Shown here piece after piece: positions 56,906 to 64,000 of a stretch of DNA of 64,000 nucleotides. Source of the DNA: Candidatus Calditenuaceae archaeon (GTDB lineage Archaea; Thermoproteota; Nitrososphaeria_A; Caldarchaeales; Calditenuaceae); contig JANXEE010000017.1 of NCBI GenBank assembly GCA_025058225.1, forward strand, positions 2,084 to 66,083, given 5' to 3'. The position numbers and the translations under genes were made by a program. Positions within the stretch are counted from its first letter, which is position 1. The number at the start of each line of letters is the position of its first letter. The notes under the pieces are model-generated. The model saw only the letters and a list, made by a program, of their open reading frames with translations. It searched no databases and was not told the origin of the DNA.

Positions 56906-58000
56906 TCAGGAGATCGATGCGATCTCGTCCCTGAGTTCCCTCGAGTTCCTCACGAACCTTACGCCGCCTCTCTTCACTAGGTCCCTGTACTGATCGATCC
57001 TCTCCTTCAGGTCTCTCATCATGTCGGCCAGGTAGTTGAAGAGGTACTCCTTGATCTCTCCGCTCAGCATCCTACCAGACCCGTATTCCTCCTCGATCCG
57101 GGAAAGCTCCGAGTCGTCCCTCATCAGGAACCTCAATATCTGGTACGGGACGTCCACCTCTAAGTTCGCTCCCAACCTCCTGTGGACCTCTATCGGCTCC
57201 CTGCCACCGGAGAAGGCCTTGAAGACCTTCCTTCTGAGCTCCTGTGCGTCATCCTCCGGTATGAAGATCGCGGAGTAGGGGTCGCTTTTGCTCATTTTTC
57301 CCTCGCCCCTCAGACTTGGAACGTCCCTGATGTACGCGCCGATGATGGGTTTGAACTGGAAGTATGGTGTTCTCCTCACGTAGTCCCTCGCCAGCCGGAG
57401 GTGAGGGTCTTGGTCGAGACCTACGGGTATAACACCCGGAACGTCGCAAACGAGCTGGGGGAAGAGGACATCTCCTATCTGGTAGAGGCTTGAGACGATC
57501 CGTGAGGGCTCCGCGTTACCGTACACCGCTCTGAACTCGCTGAGGGTTATCTCCCTCGCAGCGTCAGCTGCTATTCTATGCACATCTATGTTATCTGATT
57601 GGAAGTAAAAGATCGTTTCCTCAGGGTCTATACCGAGTGCTAAATACGTGGGTATGTGGTTCTCCAAGGCGATCCTCCTACCCTCCTCTAGCCCTACGTT
57701 CCTGGTCGAGAGGGACTCCAAATCCGCTACGAGTAGCACCGTGAACTCGGCCTTTGACGCGAAGCACTTGACCGCTTCGACGACTGCCATCGTTCCGAGG
57801 TGTATCCTGTCATGGGAGGGCATTATTCCAGTGAGGACGTAATATTCAGACGTCGTTAGCGCGCTTCGCAGTTCCTCCTTCGTCCTCGCGGAGAAGATTA
57901 TCCTCCTTTTTATGAAGTAATGATCGATCGGTAGTTCACTCGGGTCCAGCTCCGTGAGTCCGAACTCCTCCAACAGCTTGGCCTCTCTAGAGTTCTCCAA
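56906..58000 (-). CDS. trpS: Tryptophan-tRNA ligase (archaeal type, divergent)
   Basis: LTGIMPS..IHLGT, PVGLDQDPHLRLARD, KMSKS, AFSGGR and GRMLSGEIK motifs. Confidence 0.88.
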   Translation of the reverse strand: MENSREAKLLEEFGLTELDPSELPIDHYFIKRRIIFSARTKEELRSALTTSEYYVLTGIMPSHDRIHLGTMAVVEAVKCFASKAEFTVLLVADLESLSTRNVGLEEGRRIALENHIPTYLALGIDPEETIFYFQSDNIDVHRIAADAAREITLSEFRAVYGNAEPSRIVSSLYQIGDVLFPQLVCDVPGVIPVGLDQDPHLRLARDYVRRTPYFQFKPIIGAYIRDVPSLRGEGKMSKSDPYSAIFIPEDDAQELRRKVFKAFSGGREPIEVHRRLGANLEVDVPYQILRFLMRDDSELSRIEEEYGSGRMLSGEIKEYLFNYLADMMRDLKERIDQYRDLVKRGGVRFVRNSRELRDEIASIS

Positions 58001-58103
58001 AATCGGTTGCCTCCCAGCCCGAGGGGATGGTGGTCTTATTTAGAACTTAACCGTCAGCGACCGTCGCTGGAGGAATTCGTCTGAGTAAAGGCGGTGAACC
58101 GCG

Positions 58104-58217
58104 CGCCGGGGGCGGGACTCGAACCCGCGCGCCCCCCGAGGGGGCAGCGGCTCACGCGTCGTCTGGCCAGAGGTCACGATCTCGAGGCCGCCCCAATAGC
58201 CGCTATGGGACCCCGGC
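58104..58217 (-). tRNA. tRNA-Ser(CGA) with 28-nt intron (58153-58180) at position 37/38
   Basis: Acceptor GCCGGGG/CCCCGGC with G discriminator; anticodon arm GCGGC-CTCGAG|A-GCCGC; long variable arm; T arm GCGGG-TTCGAGT-CCCGC; no encoded CCA. Confidence 0.93.
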
Positions 58218-58231
58218 TCCGAGTTACCTCC

Positions 58232-59773
58232 TCATCGGTCGCTCTTAACTCTGTGAGCGGCCCTGGCCCTGTAAACCCTGACGGAGAAGACTGCGAGTGC
58301 GATCAGCTGGGCAGCCGCTACGAAGGCCAGCGCCAGCGTGAAGTCGGTGGGCGTGTAGACAACCAGCTCGACCTCCTGCTCCCTCGAGGCGTTGAACAGC
58401 TGCCTCGCAGTGCCCCATTGCGTTTCGGCGGTCACGTTGTAGACGTAGGCCGGTATCCTGAGAGTGGCAGCGCCGTTGAGCTCGATCGAGAGCGACCCGT
58501 TGAGCGAGAGCTTCGCCTTTATGGCATCCGGATGGCCAGCCAGCCTCACCCTCAGGAGCACCTCCGACATCGGAACTGCTAAGACCGTCTCCCTTCCCGG
58601 ATACAGCGTCACCTCACCGATCGCATCGGACACATCGATGCCCCCCACGGTGACGGAGGGCGTTACCGTTAGAGCGTCATCGACCTGTCGGATCTCCCTG
58701 AAGTCGAACCTCTGGGGGACCAGCACCGTTACAGCTCCGTCCCTCACGCTGACGAACCCCTCTACGTTAAAGGAGTAGTAGTCGATGGTTTGGCCGGTCA
58801 CCGCGTCGACGACCTTGACCTCGTACAGCGGCAAGTTGAGGTTTATCGACTCCATCGTGCCGGTCTCGTAGTTCAAGTACACCAGCCGAATGCCGTCTCT
58901 CAGCTCGTTTACGTTCAGTTGCCTGTATGTTGAGAGCCTTGGGACCCTGAACTCGAAAGGTGCGACCTCTACCGTGAAGGTTCCGGTGAACGTCTGGCCA
59001 TCGGGGGTCGCGCCAACCAACCGAATCGAATACGTCCCGTACCTCAACGGGAATATGCCTCCTTGGCCCACTCTTCCGAGCTCCGGCAACCTCACCGGTA
59101 CGACCGTTCCCCTCACTGGCCTATCGTACCTGTAGACTCCCACCAAGGGGTCGATGGTGTACGTGAAGGGGGTTCCGCTGACCTTCCCGGAGATCGTGAA
59201 GCGATCCGGATAGAGGAGGTACAGGACCACAAACCGGAAGGGCCTCCCTACGTCCAAGAGGAGCTCACCCCCGGGCTTGGCCCGCAGAGCGCTCCGATCG
59301 TCCGCAGGCTCCTCGACTCTGAAACCCAGATAGGGCGGCCCTTGCAGGTTTAATATCAATTGGTCATGTGTGTCCTTCTCGACGGTGATAACGCCGTAGA
59401 GCAACGACCCCCTCTCCGAGACCACCAACGTCATCTCGCATCCGTCATCCAAGAGAAGCCTCCACACGCCGCCGTCTCCGCGCGCGAACTCCCTCAGAAG
59501 GGTCGGAGCTTTCTCGGTGAGGACGTATTTGTCCTTCCTTCCCTGCGGGTCGGTCAGGAAGACCGTCGAGCCCCCTGAGGGTGATAGGACGTAGAGCTGC
59601 TCGCCGACGGCGAAGCTGAGGTCACCACCGTCGACGAAGGGGAGGAACCCATTTCCGCTGTAGCCGATCAGCAAGCCACAGGTCTTCTCGGCTTGGGACA
59701 GTCCAGTCACCGGGAGCGACAACAGCGTCAAAGTCAGCAACAGCACCTCAGCGCCTCGCAGCGATCGCCGCAT
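58232..59773 (-). CDS. Secreted beta-rich protein with C-terminal membrane anchor
   Basis: N-terminal signal-like hydrophobic segment; C-terminal TM followed by basic residues. Confidence 0.78.
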   Translation of the reverse strand: MRRSLRGAEVLLLTLTLLSLPVTGLSQAEKTCGLLIGYSGNGFLPFVDGGDLSFAVGEQLYVLSPSGGSTVFLTDPQGRKDKYVLTEKAPTLLREFARGDGGVWRLLLDDGCEMTLVVSERGSLLYGVITVEKDTHDQLILNLQGPPYLGFRVEEPADDRSALRAKPGGELLLDVGRPFRFVVLYLLYPDRFTISGKVSGTPFTYTIDPLVGVYRYDRPVRGTVVPVRLPELGRVGQGGIFPLRYGTYSIRLVGATPDGQTFTGTFTVEVAPFEFRVPRLSTYRQLNVNELRDGIRLVYLNYETGTMESINLNLPLYEVKVVDAVTGQTIDYYSFNVEGFVSVRDGAVTVLVPQRFDFREIRQVDDALTVTPSVTVGGIDVSDAIGEVTLYPGRETVLAVPMSEVLLRVRLAGHPDAIKAKLSLNGSLSIELNGAATLRIPAYVYNVTAETQWGTARQLFNASREQEVELVVYTPTDFTLALAFVAAAQLIALAVFSVRVYRARAAHRVKSDR

Positions 59774-60464
59774 ACGCACCACCGAAGAGTACACTCAGTG
59801 CCACTAAGAGTGTCGCCGCAACTGCACCGTCCGAGAAGTTCATCGAATAGTACACGATGAAGGCGAGGAGAGAGATTGCTATAGCGCCCGACTTAATCAG
59901 GGTTCCGTAGAGAGATTCGGATTTGAAACCCAACCTCTGATGTGCGAAAAGCAGCAACGATATCAGGGAGACGGCCATCAAGGGCACGACGGGCCCCGTT
60001 GTCGAGATGTCGATCGAACCCAACTCGCTCTCCCGACCCCTTAGGATCGACGAGACGAGCGAGTACAGTAGCGCCCTCGGGTTTCCGTCAGATACCTGAA
60101 CGCTGAAGAAGCTCACCATGCCCATTACAACCGAGGAGATGTACGCCCCCACGAGCCCCGCGACCGAGCGGGCCTGTAGAACCGAAAACAACACGAGCAC
60201 CGGCAGCGAGATCACGTATCCTCCAGCGAGGTCCAAGAGTAAGAGGTTGCTGGAGGTCAGGAGGTCGTATACAGAGTAGAGCGCAGGTGCGTAGATCAGC
60301 GTCAGGGTCAGAGTCTGCAGCCTCGGCGGGAGCATCGTGGTTGAGAGCGACAGAAATCCCAGCGCTGAGAACAGGGTCCATCTGGTCATCATGACGGCCG
60401 CCGTCAGCATGTAGAGCAGTGGCGAAAGAGCGAGCAGCCCGAAGAGGTATTCGCTAGTCTTCAT
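59748..60464 (-). CDS. Polytopic membrane protein, unknown function
   Basis: About 7 hydrophobic segments; overlaps both neighbours. Confidence 0.75.
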   Translation of the reverse strand: MKTSEYLFGLLALSPLLYMLTAAVMMTRWTLFSALGFLSLSTTMLPPRLQTLTLTLIYAPALYSVYDLLTSSNLLLLDLAGGYVISLPVLVLFSVLQARSVAGLVGAYISSVVMGMVSFFSVQVSDGNPRALLYSLVSSILRGRESELGSIDISTTGPVVPLMAVSLISLLLFAHQRLGFKSESLYGTLIKSGAIAISLLAFIVYYSMNFSDGAVAATLLVALSVLFGGAYAAIAARR

Positions 60465-61713
60465 GGGCGACCGACCTACTGACGACCCTCAGGCTAGGTG
60501 CGCCTTCAAGCTCCTCGATGCTGCATTCCTCCGGGAAAGAGGAGAGGTTTCGCGCCCTGATCGACTCCAGCGGTCTTCGGGCCAGTTCCATGGCTCCTCC
60601 CAGATAGGACTCCAGACGGGGGAAGACGACCATGACCCTGCATCCGGTGGAGGTCGCGGCCTTGGCCACCTTGGAGAGCTCATCGATCTGGTTCGATCCG
60701 AGCGACGTTGCCAGCATCAGGAGGCATCCGCGAGGCAGCGATCCGATTACCTCAGAGGCGTACTCGGTGTCTTCAACCTCAGAGACCTCGAGGGACCTCA
60801 GGAAGCTCTCCACCTCGATGGCTGATCTAGGCCTCACCGAAGACAGACCGTCGCCCGATACGGCGAAGATCTTCACTGAGTTCCCCTGCTCCACGAGCTG
60901 GGCGAGGAGGAGCTCGAGGAAGTCCAGAACGTCGTCGAAGTAATCCGATCGGGTACCGAACCTCATCTCCGGGGAGCAATCGATCACCGCGACGACGTTC
61001 CCTCTCGCGAGCTTCTCGTACTTCTTCACGAGTATTTCGTTGTCGGTGAGGGTGGCAGTTTTCCTCCAGTGTACGCTCCGCAGCTTGTCGCCCGGCAGGA
61101 AGGGTCTGACCCCTGAGAAATGCGTGTCCTCGCCGATGAAGGGGTTCGTGACCGTGCCAAAGGCCGGGCCCCACAGCATCCTCGCAGTCTCCAAGTCGCT
61201 AGACCTGCTCCTCTCCTTTGAGAGCCTGATCTCCCCGGGACAACTCGCGAAGATCGTCCTAGTGACGAGCCCCCACGGATCAGAAAGGATGCAGACAACC
61301 CCCTTGAACTTGACGGCCCTAACACCTCCCCAGAGGACAGCCCTGTAGGAGAGGGTGATCGTGCTCCTGCCCCTAACGGTAGACTTCGCAGAGCTCGTGC
61401 CCTCTATCAGCCTCAGCCCCCGCGGGAAGACCTCACGGACCTCAACACCCCCCTCCCAACTCAACTCCACGCTCAACCTCACCTCCGCTGAAGACCCCTC
61501 TGGAAGTTCCTCAGTGGACAGAGACCTGTGGACGTCTATCAGCGATCTGTCGAAGGACGAGATCCTCCTTACGGTGAGGACCACATAGAACGAGAAGAAG
61601 AGCGTCAGGAAGGTCATGGAGAGGAACATGATGGGATTCGGGAAGACGGCACTGAAAAGGAATGAAGATACCGTCAACTCCATCAGCAGTATCCTCGCCT
61701 GTGAGGTCATCAT
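60454..61713 (-). CDS. DUF58 (vWA-like) protein
   Basis: GVRPFLPGDKLRSVHWRKTA and VIDCSPEM motifs; N-terminal TM; ATGA overlap with MoxR stop. Confidence 0.9.
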   Translation of the reverse strand: MMTSQARILLMELTVSSFLFSAVFPNPIMFLSMTFLTLFFSFYVVLTVRRISSFDRSLIDVHRSLSTEELPEGSSAEVRLSVELSWEGGVEVREVFPRGLRLIEGTSSAKSTVRGRSTITLSYRAVLWGGVRAVKFKGVVCILSDPWGLVTRTIFASCPGEIRLSKERSRSSDLETARMLWGPAFGTVTNPFIGEDTHFSGVRPFLPGDKLRSVHWRKTATLTDNEILVKKYEKLARGNVVAVIDCSPEMRFGTRSDYFDDVLDFLELLLAQLVEQGNSVKIFAVSGDGLSSVRPRSAIEVESFLRSLEVSEVEDTEYASEVIGSLPRGCLLMLATSLGSNQIDELSKVAKAATSTGCRVMVVFPRLESYLGGAMELARRPLESIRARNLSSFPEECSIEELEGAPSLRVVSRSVAHED

Positions 61714-62756
61714 ATAGGGACGTCCACCTCCTCTATGGCCCGCTGGATGACCTCGAACTCCGACCAAGAGGTGAAAGGGCCCTTCCTCCTGGACCTGAGG
61801 ATTATCCTATGATTGAGGACGAGCGGTGCCACCGACTTGATGTGGTCCGGCGTAACGTAAGAGCAGCCCGAAATGGCTGCCTTGGCCTTAGCCGCGTACA
61901 TCAGCGCCACCTCTGCCCGTGTACTGGCACCGAGGTACACCTCAGGCATCTGACGCGTCTTCCTGACTATGTCGACTATGTACTCCATGATCGAATCGTC
62001 TACCCGTATCGATGAGATCGCAGCGATCCCTCTCAGCACGACGTCCTCCCCGACCACAGGCTTGATCTCAGGTTCTTCGCCGGAGACCTGCTTCATCCTC
62101 AGGACCTCTATCTCCTGCTCGCGCTCAGGGTGTGTGACGATGACCCTCACGAGGAATCGATCGAGCTGCGCCTCCGGCAGCGGGAAGGTCCCCTCCAGCT
62201 CTATCGGGTTCTGGGTGGCGATCACCATGAAGGGCCTCGGGGTATCGTAGCTCACGCCCTCGACGGTGACCTGACGCTCCTGCATCACCTCCAGAAGCGC
62301 CGACTGGGTCCTCGGGGGGCCCCTGTTGATCTCATCTGCGAGGACCAGGTTCGCGAATATCGGCCCCTTCCTGAAGACGAACTGTCCTGTGGACTTGTCG
62401 TAGACGAGGGAACCGGTGATGTCCGACGGCAGCAGGTCGCTGGTGATCTGAATTCTGCTGAAGGTGAGGTTGAGGGTTTTCGCGAAGTATTTGGCGAGGT
62501 ACGTCTTCGCGAGTCCCGGCACCCCTTCCATCAGCACGTGTCCTTCCGTCAAGAGGGCGATGAGAAGGGCCTCGATCGCGTCGTCCATACCCACGATGAC
62601 CTTGTGGATCTCGTTCACGACCCTCCGGACCACGTCCCTCAGCTCATGGAGGCCCAGCAGCTCTACCCTCTCCTCGTCGCCCACCTGACGAGCCACCTCC
62701 TCCCTGAGGGGGTGAGGGACAGAAGTGCGGAGTAGAGCTTCACGATCCCGAGCCAT
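61710..62756 (-). CDS. moxR: MoxR-family AAA+ ATPase (start may be GTG 62696)
   Basis: GHVLMEGVPGLAKT, DLLPSDITG, LADEINR, TQSALLEVMQE and LPEAQLDRF motifs. Confidence 0.95.
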   Translation of the reverse strand: MARDREALLRTSVPHPLREEVARQVGDEERVELLGLHELRDVVRRVVNEIHKVIVGMDDAIEALLIALLTEGHVLMEGVPGLAKTYLAKYFAKTLNLTFSRIQITSDLLPSDITGSLVYDKSTGQFVFRKGPIFANLVLADEINRGPPRTQSALLEVMQERQVTVEGVSYDTPRPFMVIATQNPIELEGTFPLPEAQLDRFLVRVIVTHPEREQEIEVLRMKQVSGEEPEIKPVVGEDVVLRGIAAISSIRVDDSIMEYIVDIVRKTRQMPEVYLGASTRAEVALMYAAKAKAAISGCSYVTPDHIKSVAPLVLNHRIILRSRRKGPFTSWSEFEVIQRAIEEVDVPI

Positions 62757-62998
62757 CCTCTTGCCCTACGAAGCGATGTCCCGGACTTATCGACCAACCA
62801 TCGGACGTCCTTCACGTCGAAGAACTCCTCCTCTCCCAGCGCGTAACGGAGGACCCTCGAGACCCGGTGAACCGGGAGCTGTTGCGCTGCGGTTTTAGGT
62901 GTCTGAGGCCTCACGAACAGCAGGAAGATCAGTGACGCAACGAGTATCACGACCAATACGTATGGGCCGCCTAAGAGTTCCGCGATCGGTCCCCTCAT
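62663..62998 (-). CDS. Small single-TM hypothetical protein
   Basis: One hydrophobic segment; GGAGG upstream; ATGA overlap with the upstream ubiquitin-like ORF. Confidence 0.55.
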   Translation of the reverse strand: MRGPIAELLGGPYVLVVILVASLIFLLFVRPQTPKTAAQQLPVHRVSRVLRYALGEEEFFDVKDVRWLVDKSGTSLRRARGWLGIVKLYSALLSLTPSGRRWLVRWATRRG

Positions 62999-63318
62999 CG
63001 GCTGTTCATCCTCCTGAGGATCATTTTAGCGCTTGTCCGCCGGCCGTCGGAAGAACCCCCGTGTATCAGGGGGACTATCGAGATTGTGTCTTCGTCCCTC
63101 ACGGCGATCTTGTAGCCGTAGACGGTCCTCGCGTCGACGCCGTTCACCAGTATGAGGAGACCGGACCTGATGGAACCGTACTCGTCAAGAACCAGTTCCC
63201 TTATGCCATCCGGGAGGAGATTGAGCGCATCCTTCAAGGCGATCTCCCCCTCTACTTTGATCTCGATAGATCCGGCTCCTGCAGCCCTCCTCAGGTGGCT
63301 GAAGAGCTCGACCCTCAT
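62995..63318 (-). CDS. MoaD/SAMP/Urm1-like beta-grasp protein with 19-aa extension after Gly-Gly
   Basis: MRVELFSHLR, LILVNGVD and DEDTISIVPLIHGG followed by SSDGRRTSAKMILRRMNSR. Confidence 0.85.
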   Translation of the reverse strand: MRVELFSHLRRAAGAGSIEIKVEGEIALKDALNLLPDGIRELVLDEYGSIRSGLLILVNGVDARTVYGYKIAVRDEDTISIVPLIHGGSSDGRRTSAKMILRRMNSR

Positions 63319-63416
63319 CCTACACCCATCAACCCTCCCTGATATTAAAAACGTGCAATTCAACCTGTGAACTTACGTCAGACCTTCTACCTGGATGAGG
63401 CGTCCTGAGAGGGTGG

Positions 63417-64000
63417 TCACGCGGCCCTCCTCAACGACTCGAAGTTGTAAATCCTGACGTTACCGGCCTTCTGGACGTTATCGGCGACCCTCGCTCCGAC
63501 GACCATCACCTCACGCCCCCGCTCCCTCAGCAGGTCCACGAGCCTCTGAGTCACTACGCCGTCGAAGACCACGTACTTCACCTGACCGTCTGAGGAGAGC
63601 TTCTGGTAGAGCTCGCTGACGGGGACCCTGAAGACCTCTGAGAGGTCGTCCGTTAGCCCGATCGCCATCAGGCTACCCTCGATCTCCTCGACGTACCTTT
63701 TCAGCCTCTCAAGCGGTGCGGGCGCGTGCTCGATCCTTTCCGGTTCGACGGGGGCTCCTATCCTCCTCAAGGCATCGGCGAGAGGTAACGCGTTGGCAAG
63801 GGCTTCGGCGATCTCCTTCGCTCCCAGCGACTCGACCTCCTTCCCCTGAGGAGCCCTCGCGACCGAGTCGATCCTGATGCGTCTTGCAAGCTCCCTCAGT
63901 ATCATGTCTCCACCCCTGTCCCCGTCGAGAAACGCAATCACCCTCTTCCTGCTCACCAGCTCCTCGAGCGAGTAGGGCACCTTGACGCCCTCGACGCCTA
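63417..64000 (-). CDS. dnaG: Archaeal DnaG primase-like protein, C-terminal part (truncated by window edge)
   Basis: AFLDGDRGGDMILREL TOPRIM motif, ARAPQGKEVE and VFDGVVTQRLVD. Confidence 0.93.
   Translation of the reverse strand, partial: GVEGVKVPYSLEELVSRKRVIAFLDGDRGGDMILRELARRIRIDSVARAPQGKEVESLGAKEIAEALANALPLADALRRIGAPVEPERIEHAPAPLERLKRYVEEIEGSLMAIGLTDDLSEVFRVPVSELYQKLSSDGQVKYVVFDGVVTQRLVDLLRERGREVMVVGARVADNVQKAGNVRIYNFESLRRAA

Noticed and set aside
58104..58217. tRNA as integration site of a mobile element
   Set aside because: No duplicated tRNA 3' end or integrase was seen, and the downstream gene is trpS

Overview
A GC-rich, gene-dense archaeal chromosome segment. It is most consistent with the Nitrososphaeria/Caldarchaeales ('Aigarchaeota') group; this is an inference from the NuoD C-terminus (WPVEWDR), the Dph5-DUF357 fusion, archaeal pantoate kinase/PPS, LysW/LysX and eS6/eS24. 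Most genes are housekeeping: LeuRS, ProRS, TrpRS, uS4, eS6, eS24, EF-1beta, Rpp21, Cgi121, Sua5, Dph5, Dph6, RibL, ThiL, pok-pps-panB, PyrD, Lhr, an Hjc-like nuclease and a partial DnaG. Reading the sequence directly adds an intron-containing tRNA-Ser(CGA) and a Sec61beta gene missing from the ORF track. I found no CRISPR array, rRNA, integrase or transposase. The best candidate for an undescribed system is a two-gene module at 17930-20916: a Tat-exported FAD oxidoreductase lacking the fumarate-reductase catalytic residues, overlapping a DOMON-heme plus di-heme cytochrome b fusion, with no Fe-S subunit. Other candidates are a SAMP/Urm1-like protein with a 19-residue tail after its Gly-Gly that leads a MoxR-DUF58 operon, a 4xCBS+HPF-like putative ribosome hibernation factor, a 12-repeat beta-propeller protein next to an orphan ABC ATPase, solitary complex I-type subunits, and an ATPase pseudogene with a large internal deletion. 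All calls come from motif recognition by eye; no database searches were run.
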